The position numbers were made by a program, and so were the translations under genes. The notes under the pieces were generated by a model. That model saw only the letters and a program-made list of their open reading frames with translations. It did no database searches and had not been told where the DNA came from. From Arenicellales bacterium (GTDB taxonomy: Bacteria > Pseudomonadota > Gammaproteobacteria > Arenicellales > JAJDZL01), in assembly GCA_965243305.1 (NCBI GenBank), contig CBDEUN010000003.1, forward strand, positions 1,221,845 through 1,285,844: a stretch of 64,000 bases of DNA, in the 5' to 3' direction. Below are positions 9,931 to 20,075 of the stretch, in pieces. Each line of letters starts with the position of its first letter. Position 1 is the stretch's first letter.

Positions 9931-11127
9931 TCACTCAACAACAATCAAATCTCGCTCAACATCGCACAGCCTTTCTCCGCCCGACTCTGTCACAACGAAA
10001 GATTCGGACACTGCACAACCCAAGTCATCCAGCCAAACTCCAGATTGGAAGTGAAAACACATGCCAACCTCAAGGACAGTTTGATCTCCCGGTCTCATGC
10101 TGCAGGTTCGCTCACCCCAGTCTGGTGGATATCCCACGCCAACGGGGTAAGCCACGCGACTCTCTTTTACGATACCGTTTCGATTGAGGACTGCCTGCCA
10201 ACCGGCCTCAACCATTTCACAGGTGTTTCCAGGCCTGGCCAACTCTAGGCCAACATCAACGCCTTCAACTATTACCTTGGCGAGATTTCGGATTTTCTCT
10301 GGTGCTTTTCCCATATAGAGTGTGCGGGTCAACGGCGTATGATAACGACGCCTTACCCCTGCAAGTTCCAGCATTACGAGTACATCTGATGGGATGGGTA
10401 GATCTGACCATGTCAGATGGGGCGTACTGGTACTCTCACCAGCTTGAATTAAAGGACAAATTGAAGTGTAGTCACCACCATATCCTTCGGATCCTGCAAT
10501 CTGCGCGCGATAGACCTCCGCAATCACTTCATTTTGTGGTACGCCAGACCTGATTTTGGAGATGGCCGCATTCATTGTTGCGGTACAAATTTTGCCAGCC
10601 TGGCGCATGATACTGACTTCTTTTTCAGACTTCACGAGACGCGCCCAATTGACGAGATCACCATTATTGGAGAATTTTGCATCTGGCAATCCGTTTACCA
10701 ATGTCGCGTGGCAACGCGCAGTATAGTAATGCGCATCCATTTCGACACCAATTCGAGAACTGGCCCAACCTTTCTGACGAATAAGATCAACGAGTTCATC
10801 ATAAGGATGATCAATCGGGTGCATCACTCTTTTTTCGGCATACGCCAGGATATTGTCTGCCGGGAGGTCTGTCGTAACATGAGCTGCTTTGGCATCCTGC
10901 GCGCGGCCAAACCAGATCGGCCACTCCTCATCCAAATGAACCACCACGCATTGTGGAACATAGAAGGACCACCCATCATAACCTGTGAGCCAACACATAT
11001 TACTGGGGTCTTGGCAGATGATCAGGTCGAATCCTGCACGGCTCATACGATGCTTCACATCGTTAACACGCACTGCATACTCTTCAACTGAAAAAAGCTT
11101 TTCAAACAAAGGATTGGAGTCACTCAT
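9931..11127 (-). CDS. doeA: Ectoine hydrolase (DoeA/EutD; M24 creatinase/prolidase fold)
   Basis: 398 aa with CWLTGYDGWSFYVPQ and an M24 pita-bread C-domain. It is flanked by eutC and doeB in the canonical order. Confidence 0.75.
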   Translation of the reverse strand: MSDSNPLFEKLFSVEEYAVRVNDVKHRMSRAGFDLIICQDPSNMCWLTGYDGWSFYVPQCVVVHLDEEWPIWFGRAQDAKAAHVTTDLPADNILAYAEKRVMHPIDHPYDELVDLIRQKGWASSRIGVEMDAHYYTARCHATLVNGLPDAKFSNNGDLVNWARLVKSEKEVSIMRQAGKICTATMNAAISKIRSGVPQNEVIAEVYRAQIAGSEGYGGDYTSICPLIQAGESTSTPHLTWSDLPIPSDVLVMLELAGVRRRYHTPLTRTLYMGKAPEKIRNLAKVIVEGVDVGLELARPGNTCEMVEAGWQAVLNRNGIVKESRVAYPVGVGYPPDWGERTCSMRPGDQTVLEVGMCFHFQSGVWLDDLGCAVSESFVVTESGGERLCDVERDLIVVE

Positions 11128-11130
11128 GAA

Positions 11131-12123
11131 TTATGCCTCGACATTCAGTCCTGTTGATGTGGCGTTCGCACGCTGACGTGCTAATGTTGCGATTGCAGTA
11201 TCCTGAACGCCGGTTCCGGTAAGGTCGCAAATCGTTACGTCGTTTGCGGATTGCCGTCCGGGAGATTTTCCGGCAACAATATCGCCCAGCTCTACGATCT
11301 CAGCGTCCTTAGATAATTCTCCTGCCGCAATTGCATGATGGAGTTCGCCTAGAATTTCCGTCTGAGATCGTCGGTCTGCAACGTAGAGTGAGGCAAATGA
11401 CAGGCATGCGGGTTCAAGTTCGTTCTTGTGAGGTTGATCAGAGCCCATTGCAGTGATGTGTTGACCCGGCTTTAGCCAGTCACGTTTGACTAAAGGTTTT
11501 GCAGAAGGTGTAGTTGTCAATATAACGTCAGCTGAATTGACGGCAGACTGTGGATCATCACTGCTTTCCACTGGAATTTCGAGTTTGTTGCTTAACTCTG
11601 TTGCGGCCTGTTCCGCCTTTGCTGAGTCTCTGGCCCATATGACCGCTGATTGAATGGGTCGTACCAGACACAAGGCTTCCAGTTGCAACCTCGACTGCTG
11701 ACCAGAACCAATGACACAGGCGCGTTGGGCATCTTCTCTCGCCAGGTATCGCGCAGCGACAGCTCCGGCAGCTGCAGTCCGAACATCTGTCAGGTAGCCG
11801 TTGTCCAGCAAAACCGCTTCAATCATACCTGTTTTAACTGAAAACAGCACCATCAATCCCGAAGTGCTGGGCAGTCCAAGTTTTGGGTTATCGAAAAAGC
11901 CGGGAGACATTTTGATGGCAAAACACTCAATGCCGGGTACATATGCAGTCTTGACATCAACTTCACCATTCGATTCTTCTATCGCCATCGACATGATGGG
12001 TGGCATGATCACTTTTCCGCTTGAGAGTGCAGCAAATGCGGATTCGATACAGTCTACGGCATCCAAGTCCAATTGGACGATGCTGCGAAGTTCTTGTTCG
12101 GTCAAAAGTTTTAGGGTTGGCAT
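11131..12123 (-). CDS. eutC: Ornithine cyclodeaminase/mu-crystallin family protein (ectoine utilization EutC)
   Basis: 330 aa. OCD family with Rossmann motif VIGSGQQSR. Its stop lies 3 nt from the doeA start. Confidence 0.7.
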   Translation of the reverse strand: MPTLKLLTEQELRSIVQLDLDAVDCIESAFAALSSGKVIMPPIMSMAIEESNGEVDVKTAYVPGIECFAIKMSPGFFDNPKLGLPSTSGLMVLFSVKTGMIEAVLLDNGYLTDVRTAAAGAVAARYLAREDAQRACVIGSGQQSRLQLEALCLVRPIQSAVIWARDSAKAEQAATELSNKLEIPVESSDDPQSAVNSADVILTTTPSAKPLVKRDWLKPGQHITAMGSDQPHKNELEPACLSFASLYVADRRSQTEILGELHHAIAAGELSKDAEIVELGDIVAGKSPGRQSANDVTICDLTGTGVQDTAIATLARQRANATSTGLNVEA

Positions 12124-12344
12124 ATTTCAGACTGTTGGAAATCGATGTTAATTTTTGTTCAAGTTCAAATAGTAAAGTTAACCTTAGCGTTAAATGAAAT
12201 TGTGAATTCAGGTCACTTTTTCATTTTCAGATTTTCGTCCTGTGTGCAGCACACCTAAAGTATTTACAATTAAATTGTTGTCTGTTTCGAGTCAGCAGAT
12301 TGACTCATTAATTGCTGTCCGTATGAGTTCTGTTTCAAATTATC

Positions 12345-13145
12345 TCAAAATGTACGACGCATAGAAATGCGCACTCCGTGACTCCGTAGTTTTGCACTCG
12401 TTGGTGCGAGATTGAGAATCCGCGGATCTTGACTTCCGTCACGCCAGATTACTTGTCCTGTACCTGTACCTGTTCTTACCTCGCCGAAATCGGTGTACCG
12501 CCAAGCTAATTCAAGAGTTGTATTCCCGTCAACTTCAGTAGCTACCCCAGCACTAATCATCCATGCGAAATCAGTTCGACTATGCCCTGGTACGATGGTA
12601 GTTGTAATTGGAAATGTCATGTGAGTTTCGCTGATCTTGGTGCGCACAGCACCAATTCCTGCCCCCACAAATGGGTGGACAGGTTTGCTGCTCGTCATAG
12701 CCAGCTTGGGCAGGTCGGCATATAGGGCCACCATTCCGGTTAATTTTGAGAGGTCAGCCGCGACAGACTGGCGGCGCGTTGGGCTAAGAAAGTTAGCATC
12801 ACCTCGGAAGGATAACTTGGGATTGTACTCAAGCAGCGCTTCAAGTCGCAGTGTTGGTTCTATGAAGTACCCGACACCGACTTCGAGAGAGGGAGATACC
12901 CCATAATCACCGACTGAACGAAGTGGTGCACCATCTCCACCGGTTCCACATCCATACAGCGGTGTCGGGTCCGAGGTCTCACAATCCACATCCATAAACA
13001 CCGAATCAGTGGCCTGTTCGAAGCCAAGGCCAAATCGAAGATACCACTCCTTTGCATACGCGGATGCAAAATTTAGTAACAGAATGATCGTGAGTGAAAC
13101 TTGCAACTGTCGTTGCACTCGCTTTGACATAAATTGCAGCTTCAT
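12345..13145 (-). CDS. Outer-membrane beta-barrel protein (OmpA-like/porin-family barrel)
   Basis: Signal peptide ending ASAYA, alternating amphipathic strands, and a C-terminal ...RISMRRTF with terminal Phe typical of OMPs. Confidence 0.6.
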   Translation of the reverse strand: MKLQFMSKRVQRQLQVSLTIILLLNFASAYAKEWYLRFGLGFEQATDSVFMDVDCETSDPTPLYGCGTGGDGAPLRSVGDYGVSPSLEVGVGYFIEPTLRLEALLEYNPKLSFRGDANFLSPTRRQSVAADLSKLTGMVALYADLPKLAMTSSKPVHPFVGAGIGAVRTKISETHMTFPITTTIVPGHSRTDFAWMISAGVATEVDGNTTLELAWRYTDFGEVRTGTGTGQVIWRDGSQDPRILNLAPTSAKLRSHGVRISMRRTF

Positions 13146-13300
13146 TAGATTGGTCCAGTGAGAACAGTCAGCTATTCCGCGTCGCAGGGTGTGAGATTTA
13201 GATTACGCATGTTTTAACCAGTTCACTTCGTAATTTGTTTTAAATGAGAAGAATTTCTAATCTTGAAATTCCACTCTTGGTGATTTAAGTTGAAAAAGAT

Positions 13301-16300
13301 TTATTCTTGTTTTTTCTCAGGTTCAAATACGAACGTCGGGACGACTACTTCCCATTCATCACACCTTAGATGTCGGTGAAACTTACTATCGGAAATTTTA
13401 CGACTCCAACTTATCACCGCATGCACTTTTGCAGTTCGACACCTCATTCCAGATGGCGGTACGAAGGATTTCGCCAATCTACCCACAGCGCAGTCCGAAG
13501 AATTTAGCAACAACCAACTACCGTTTTCTTCAATCTTTACTTTTAGTGGGTCGCCCGCCGATAGTTTGCTTATCGCTTTGTGTATCGGATTTCGGTAGTG
13601 ATGCCGTCCAGCATAACCAATATCAATATTCTGTAGATCAGGTTGGACAAATTGATGCTCAACTTCTTTTGAATGCGGTGGAAGGTTGGCAGTCTCTCGC
13701 TGAATGGCTGATTTATGGTCTCGCAATTCGTTCTGCAACCCTTGTGAATTGCGGAAATTACTAAGCATGAGTGTTTGCCGAGCGCGCGTCATGGCCACAT
13801 AGTACAACCGACGTTCTGCGTCAGGATCCTCTTTGTATTTGGCACGGCCCCAACCACCATCCAAGACAGCTACATGATCAAATTCCAATCCCTTGGCACG
13901 GTGGGCGGTGAGCAAAAGAAGCCCCCGCTGACGCCGCCGAATTTCCTGGCCCCATTCTGCCAGCCATTCAATGAAAGCTTCAACCGTTGTTTCGTTGCCA
14001 CCTGTTTCCTCCAAGAATTCGTCAATTGCCTGACGGATTAGGTCATACCAATAATTGGAGGGACAAGATTCTAACCATCCGTTCAATGCCTTCCTATCAA
14101 CAATTCCTGGTACCCTCTCGCGCAGCCATTTGAGTAACGTTTGTGTTTCTCGCAAACGCAAGAATCTTGGTAATTCCTCGTGCACCATCTGTACAGGAAT
14201 GTTGCAAGATTCGCAAAATGCGCGCACGGGATCCAGAACATTCCACTCACGCGCGATGACCGCACATAGCGACCAACTCCAATCCTGAGCAAGTTCTTGT
14301 AAGCGCAGAAACTCAGTCATTACGGCCTGCGCCTGAACGATTGCATCACTACATGCTGGTAGAATTTGTACACGACCGCGTGAAACCGGGTCCAGCGTTT
14401 CCCATTGTCCACCCGCTGGTATATTTTCGCGTGCTCGGTTAACCCGGATGGGATGTTTATGTTTCATCCGCTCACGGGCTTTCTCAATAATTACGTTGGC
14501 CGATTCAATGATGTTTCGTGTGGAACGGTAATTTTCAATCAACCAGTTTGGTTGCGCTTGGTAGTCCTGTTCGAAAAGTCGAATGTACTTCACCGAAGCG
14601 CCTCTGAACGAATAGATGTTCTGGTCGTCATCTCCAACCGCGAACAGAGATAATTTACCCATATCTTCTTCCTGAGATCGACCCGCAAGTGCGCAAATCA
14701 GTTCATATTGTTCGGGTCCGATGTCTTGATACTCGTCTACGAGAATCCATTGAAAACCTCTCAATAGACGTTGGCGGCGTTCATCCGCCTCTTCTGCTAA
14801 CAGTCCTTCACCTTGAAGCACCTCTACCGCAGTACGCATCATATTTTTGAACATCTCATCATTGGGGCGTTCCGATTCCTCTCTAAAACTGAAACCCGCC
14901 AGACGCATGGCAAGTGCGTGACAAGTGAGCACTGTCACTCCAAAAGAATCATCCCCAATCAGTTCTACCAGCCGGCGGCGGATATCCACAGCTGCGTGAC
15001 GATTGTAAGCCAAGGCGATTATGCTCCGGGCATTCTCCCTCCTGACACGAATCAAGTACGCGATTCGGTGTACCAGAACGCGTGTCTTGCCAGACCCCGG
15101 TCCTGCGAGAACCAGTGCGTTGACGTGTTCCCTATCATCTGAAACAATATTCTGCTGAACACTGTTGTTCAAATTTCCAACTATTGCCTGCCACGATTCT
15201 GGCGATGTCTGGCGGCTGATTTCTTCGTCTCGTCCTGGAAGCCAACATTCAAGAAACGCCTTCTCGTTCATGGAAAAGTAGTCTGTTACCAGACGCAGTG
15301 CTTCACCCATCTTTTGACGACCACGCTCAGCGAATTCCTCCATGACGTGAATTTGCAACACCTGACGTTCGTAGTGAAGCGAAAGGGGCTGAAAGTCTGC
15401 TTTAGTAAAAGTTTTTCGATTCCCCTTCTGCAGTCGGATCTTCATAGCTGGACGAAACACCACGAGTCCTTTGTTGAGACGAAGCACCTCCATATCATGC
15501 AGCCAAAGTAAAGCTCGATCCAATAGCTTCTCCGGATTTCTGACCCTGGTTTTTAGAGCCAAGTCTGACCTAATGGCTTGCAAGAGCTTTCCAAGTGTGG
15601 TGGCAGCGAGTAAATCCGTACCGCGACTACGTTTAGGAAGGCAAATAAGCAAATGTTCCAACAAAATTCCAGCTGCTTCGCGTCGAATTTCAGCAGTCTC
15701 TTCCAATGCTTGCCATTCACGCTGTAAAGTGATGTGTACAGTTTCGGCATCGCGCTTGCGTACCGCTATACTACCTGCAGCGCCATCATCTTCCTCCCGG
15801 CCATCGTAGGAAATACCGCGAATGATTCGCCACAGTCGTTCGGGAAGGGGTTCCGGTTCATCTTGATGTCTCAATGTCTGCGCTGCGAATCGCAAGTGCA
15901 GTTGTGAGGAGTCTCCTTTTCCTTGATCAGGAGCCTTCTCGCGCATAAGCGCAATCAGTGCTTTCTCTAATTTGCACGCCTCCGTTAATCGCTTTTTAGA
16001 GGAGCGTTCCACGGCATTGTGAACAAATACGGTAATCTCCGTGTCATTGTTTGCAATGCCGTATCGTTCCAATGTGTACAGTGCGCGGCGTACTCCTTTA
16101 GGATTCAGTCCAGAAACTACCATCAATGCATCTGTGCTGATTCCTTCATCAGCATCCGCTTGCAGTAATGCTTCTGCCATATTTAACAACTGTTTGCGAT
16201 ATCTGTCTTGAATTTGCGCTTTGGACAGTTTCTGTCTGGCTTCGGCCAACGACTTCACTTGGAGGGATGACGGAAACACATTGACGACGTTTTCATCCCG

Positions 16301-18430
16301 AGTAAGAAACTCCGATTGCTCAAGCCAAGCGACAGCAGTACGCACTTTGGTATCGCTAGTGGCGGAATCCCGCACCGATAAATTGTGCTCGTCTTCTTCA
16401 AGAATTTCACCCGCGGTTGCAACCACTTCACCTTTGAAACGGTTTTTGCGGTTCAGATTTTTCAGTGCCCTTAGTATTCCGTTTATTTCTCCTCTCGAGA
16501 TTCGAGACCTCGCTGACATACCAAACTGACGTTCGACGTCGTCTGTTGCATAGAGAAGAACACAACGGGCTAGCGCCCGGTCGCGCCCAGCACGTCCGGC
16601 CTCCTGGATGTAGTTCTCTAGCGAACCTGGAATGTCGGCATGAATGACAAGTCGCACGTCCGGCTTGTCAATTCCCATACCGAATGCATTTGTAGCAGCA
16701 ATCGCACGCAACTCACCACTAATGAATTTGCGTTGTACCCCTTTTTTGGTTTCAGGTGGCAAGCCGGCGTGAAATCGGTCAGCGGTAATGTCCTTCCTTT
16801 GCAAGTATTTTGCAACTTCCTCACTTCGTTTTCGCGTGGCACAGTAAACAATGGCGCCTCCAGGTTCGTTTTTGTGTAGTTTCGATGTCAGAACTTGGTA
16901 GATGTGCGAAAATTTTTCTGGTTGAGTGGTTGGGACGACTTCGAAAACTAGATTGGTACGCTCTGAACCGCCGTCCAACACTTCAAGTTCGATATCAAGT
17001 TTTTCTTGAAAATGATTGGTGATATCTTTAACGACATCAGGTTTGGCGGTTGCAGTGAGACATAGTACGGGAGGCCTCTGTCCACTAGAAGACTTCTCCT
17101 TAATGAAACGTCCTACATAGAGATAGTCTGGTCGAAAGTCGTGACCCCAACGGGATAAACAATGTGCTTCGTCCAGCACCCAAGTGCCAATTTCGCGCTG
17201 TTCTAAAGCCCGTCGTAACGTGCGCGAACGTAATTGCTCAGGTGAAATCAGAACAATACCGATGTCGCCCAACCGAATCCGATCCAACGCATCATTTCGT
17301 TCGGGCATCGATAAAAGTCCGTTCACCGTGACGCAACAGCCAATGTTCTTCTCTTCAAGACCATCGATCTGATCCTTCATCAGAGCGACCAAAGGAGAGA
17401 TAACCACTGTCAGCGCTCCTGTATTGCTATAGCGAGATAGTGCCGGAATCTGGTAGCAGAGGGACTTGCCTGTTCCCGTGGGGAGGATTCCGAGTACTGA
17501 CTGACCTGCCATCACTTTCTCCACAATGGCTTGCTGCATGGAACGGTCGTTTTCAAACTCTGGTATTGGACGAAAATCGTTAAATCCGAACCATCGTTTC
17601 AACTCTTTGCGGGCATCGTGTCGCTCGCGACACCACATACAATCCGCAGATGTGCAGGCACGATCCCTTAAACTTCGAACCAAGTGACCAGTTTCTGGAA
17701 ACTGATGACGCACCCAAGGTGGCATCACTGAATTTTCACCCGCCACAGACAACCAGGCCAAGACATAGGCCAGCACCCAGCCGGACGAATTGATATCCGC
17801 CAGCAGTTTGCGAGCAGTCGTCTGGCAGGTTATGTTCGTTAGTCTTCTTTCGATCGCTGCTTTCGCTTCTTGTGAGGTTGGTTTACCTGCATTTCGAATT
17901 CCACAGAAGAGATGATTAAGCGCTCGATCAATTCCGTTGGATTCTTTTATGCAGAGCCAGTGCCATGCAGTAAGTAAATTCTCATCTGCTTTTGCCAAAG
18001 CCTCGCGTTCGTCATGAAAAACATCCAGTGCCAGCTGTGCGTCCAATTCCGGATTGTTTGCCTGTTTGCGTATGATTTCGCCACCTAGGTAGTGTTTGAT
18101 AAGGTGGTGATAAGGATTGCGGGGGAAAGCCAGCGGGCTTAGGCGCAGCGTATCGATTACGGGTAAATTCAGCAGACGCAAATTTGGATTCGCTGCTCTT
18201 ATGTGCGGCAGATCATGGGCAATTACGTTATGACCAAGAACTAGGGATGCGCTATCGGCGTAGTTATCGAGCGCTTCTAGTGCTCGTTCAATGTTCTTGA
18301 CCGAATGAGAGAAACTGTATTCTCTGTCTTCGCGAACTGCGCCGATTGCGTAAATCTGACCACTGTCTTTCCTGACTTCAAGGTCGAGCGAAATACAGGA
18401 TGAGAAAAGTTTGAAGTTTGTTGAGGTCAA
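13301..18430 (-). CDS. Giant fusion protein: DEDD 3'-5' exonuclease + RecQ-family helicase + UvrD/Rep-family helicase (1709 aa)
   Basis: Exo motifs: ISLDLEV, GHNVIAHDLPHI. RecQ motifs: LPTGTGKSLCYQIPAL, VLDEAHCLSRWGHDFRPDY, LCLTATA, ATNAFGMGIDKPDVRLVIHADIPGSLENYIQEAGRAGRD. UvrD motifs: VLAGPGSGKTRVLVHRIAYLI, ILVDEYQDIGPEQ, VGDDDQNIYSFRGA, NYRSTRNI, LTAHRAKGLEFDHVAVLD, RRLYYVAMTRARQTL. It is one uninterrupted ORF. TTG is the only start that includes the exonuclease DxE motif. Confidence 0.85.
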   Translation of the reverse strand: MTSTNFKLFSSCISLDLEVRKDSGQIYAIGAVREDREYSFSHSVKNIERALEALDNYADSASLVLGHNVIAHDLPHIRAANPNLRLLNLPVIDTLRLSPLAFPRNPYHHLIKHYLGGEIIRKQANNPELDAQLALDVFHDEREALAKADENLLTAWHWLCIKESNGIDRALNHLFCGIRNAGKPTSQEAKAAIERRLTNITCQTTARKLLADINSSGWVLAYVLAWLSVAGENSVMPPWVRHQFPETGHLVRSLRDRACTSADCMWCRERHDARKELKRWFGFNDFRPIPEFENDRSMQQAIVEKVMAGQSVLGILPTGTGKSLCYQIPALSRYSNTGALTVVISPLVALMKDQIDGLEEKNIGCCVTVNGLLSMPERNDALDRIRLGDIGIVLISPEQLRSRTLRRALEQREIGTWVLDEAHCLSRWGHDFRPDYLYVGRFIKEKSSSGQRPPVLCLTATAKPDVVKDITNHFQEKLDIELEVLDGGSERTNLVFEVVPTTQPEKFSHIYQVLTSKLHKNEPGGAIVYCATRKRSEEVAKYLQRKDITADRFHAGLPPETKKGVQRKFISGELRAIAATNAFGMGIDKPDVRLVIHADIPGSLENYIQEAGRAGRDRALARCVLLYATDDVERQFGMSARSRISRGEINGILRALKNLNRKNRFKGEVVATAGEILEEDEHNLSVRDSATSDTKVRTAVAWLEQSEFLTRDENVVNVFPSSLQVKSLAEARQKLSKAQIQDRYRKQLLNMAEALLQADADEGISTDALMVVSGLNPKGVRRALYTLERYGIANNDTEITVFVHNAVERSSKKRLTEACKLEKALIALMREKAPDQGKGDSSQLHLRFAAQTLRHQDEPEPLPERLWRIIRGISYDGREEDDGAAGSIAVRKRDAETVHITLQREWQALEETAEIRREAAGILLEHLLICLPKRSRGTDLLAATTLGKLLQAIRSDLALKTRVRNPEKLLDRALLWLHDMEVLRLNKGLVVFRPAMKIRLQKGNRKTFTKADFQPLSLHYERQVLQIHVMEEFAERGRQKMGEALRLVTDYFSMNEKAFLECWLPGRDEEISRQTSPESWQAIVGNLNNSVQQNIVSDDREHVNALVLAGPGSGKTRVLVHRIAYLIRVRRENARSIIALAYNRHAAVDIRRRLVELIGDDSFGVTVLTCHALAMRLAGFSFREESERPNDEMFKNMMRTAVEVLQGEGLLAEEADERRQRLLRGFQWILVDEYQDIGPEQYELICALAGRSQEEDMGKLSLFAVGDDDQNIYSFRGASVKYIRLFEQDYQAQPNWLIENYRSTRNIIESANVIIEKARERMKHKHPIRVNRARENIPAGGQWETLDPVSRGRVQILPACSDAIVQAQAVMTEFLRLQELAQDWSWSLCAVIAREWNVLDPVRAFCESCNIPVQMVHEELPRFLRLRETQTLLKWLRERVPGIVDRKALNGWLESCPSNYWYDLIRQAIDEFLEETGGNETTVEAFIEWLAEWGQEIRRRQRGLLLLTAHRAKGLEFDHVAVLDGGWGRAKYKEDPDAERRLYYVAMTRARQTLMLSNFRNSQGLQNELRDHKSAIQRETANLPPHSKEVEHQFVQPDLQNIDIGYAGRHHYRNPIHKAISKLSAGDPLKVKIEENGSWLLLNSSDCAVGRLAKSFVPPSGMRCRTAKVHAVISWSRKISDSKFHRHLRCDEWEVVVPTFVFEPEKKQE

Positions 18431-19034
18431 TGTAAGTGTTTGCTGTTAAAACGGAAAATGATAATCAATCGCGTAGCATTGGGATAGGCTGCTTTTCGTC
18501 AATTTACAGAGATACTGGATGACACAGGATAGAACAGGTATGAGTCAAAAAACCGGAAAGGATGGCGGTACGACAACTGCGCGAGCACCATTCAAAGAAA
18601 CTGGGTGCAGCAGGGAAAGGACTTTACGGAGCGGTTGCGGCCGTGCTACCGTACGCACTTGAGAAACAGGTGCTGCGGCGCGTGATCAACTACTTACGAA
18701 AAGACCAGCTTGCCTTCGTAAATGACTGGCGACCTCCATTCGGGATCACAAGCGCCTGCTAAAGCACACTCCACATTGATGTCTATGACAGCAGAAAACA
18801 CTACTATCACAATTCAATCAAAGAGTTATAGGTATCACACACAACTTTCTTTGGACAGTAGTGGCAGCAAGGACTTTCACGCGGATTCATTCGAAGAAAG
18901 ATTCATGGCATTGCTCTCCATTTGATAACGTTATGAAAAAACGCTGCACTCTCGGCAACGATTGTCGGAATTGTTCCCGAACCAAACTCAGTCCTGCATC
19001 GATTCCGACTGCGGCGGGCGATTCGGGTGTTGCC

Positions 19035-20075
19035 TCATCCCGTCCGCCAAACCGTCACACCGCCCTGGGCGTCGAGAGCGGCAAGTGCGCGCCCGTCTGG
19101 CCGCCAGTGCAGTTCGGCGACTACGTCCGCCACAATCGCAGCCCCGATCGGACCACCTTCTCCATTCGTCTGAAGCAACCACACAACCACGCCACCGTCG
19201 CGGCCTCCCGACGCCAAGCGCAAATCGCGGTGAGCGAATGCAAGCGTAGAGACGGGTTGAACATGGAGCTTTAGAGTACTGGGCCGTGTACCTTCGGGAC
19301 CACCTTCTTGGAAGTTCCAGACTGTAACCACCTCACCTCCACCGGTGGCCAATAGAGTGCCCGTGTCATCGAAGGCCAGGGTCGACGGTTTGCAGGGATA
19401 ACCGGACATCATGTAATCCTCCTCTGTTGAGCGACGCCAGAAGTGCACAGTGTTGTCCTGGCTGCCGCAGGCCACGATATTTCCTTCCGGGCTCAGTACC
19501 ATCGACACCAAAGAGCCCTTCCACGTAAGCTTCTGGCGAAGCTTTCCAGTGAATCCGTCTAAGAACGTCACTCGACTGTAGCAGGCCGTCGCTAGCTCCC
19601 CTGTGCTGGACCAGGCGATCGCGCTGACGGTACTGGGATGATCATCAGTCCGCCAGGCCTCGTCGCCGTCTTTGCCAAACACGCTAACCTGTCGGGAGCA
19701 GGAGGCTGCCAGCAAACGGCCGTCCGGCGACCACGCGATGTGCTCCACCCAACCGTTGCCGACGTCGATGGCCTGATTCACCTGACCTTCAGCGATTCCC
19801 CAGACTAGGACTCGTCCGTCCTGGCCGGCAGTTGCGAATGCGGTTCCGTTTGGGTGGACTGCCATCGAAAGCACGCCGCCAAAGTGTCCCCCCTGCTGCT
19901 CCCAGGCGCGTGCCCCGGACTTGCCGTCGAATGCGTAGACTCCACCTGCGGAGTCTGCGACCACCAGTGTATCGCCGCGCAGTGTCCAGCCCCCGGCGAT
20001 AGCGTAGTCGCCGACAGTCGTGGACCAGCCCCGGCGAAGCACTCCTTTAGGTTTGTCGATGTTTAATTTAGACAT
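19035..20075 (-). CDS. WD40-repeat protein
   Basis: 346 aa with repeated ...GG.V..V..HP/SPDG..LA....DG.V.VW units. The ATG overlaps the upstream COG0523 gene by 13 nt. The DNA is high-GC. Confidence 0.8.
   Translation of the reverse strand: MSKLNIDKPKGVLRRGWSTTVGDYAIAGGWTLRGDTLVVADSAGGVYAFDGKSGARAWEQQGGHFGGVLSMAVHPNGTAFATAGQDGRVLVWGIAEGQVNQAIDVGNGWVEHIAWSPDGRLLAASCSRQVSVFGKDGDEAWRTDDHPSTVSAIAWSSTGELATACYSRVTFLDGFTGKLRQKLTWKGSLVSMVLSPEGNIVACGSQDNTVHFWRRSTEEDYMMSGYPCKPSTLAFDDTGTLLATGGGEVVTVWNFQEGGPEGTRPSTLKLHVQPVSTLAFAHRDLRLASGGRDGGVVVWLLQTNGEGGPIGAAIVADVVAELHWRPDGRALAALDAQGGVTVWRTG

Noticed and set aside
10534-11091. 185-aa plus-strand ORF, and similar antisense ORFs, within doeA, eutC, the helicase gene and other long genes.
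   Set aside because: They lie opposite long, motif-bearing genes and have no motifs of their own. I treated them as spurious.
18431-19034. ORFs at 18562-18762, 18722-18925, 18861-19274 and 18962-19249 in the ~600-bp gap between the giant helicase gene and the WD40 gene.
   Set aside because: They are short and mutually overlapping, with no motifs. The later ones are shadows of the GC-rich WD40 gene end. The gap probably holds the helicase promoter and the island boundary. I found no repeat or att site by eye.
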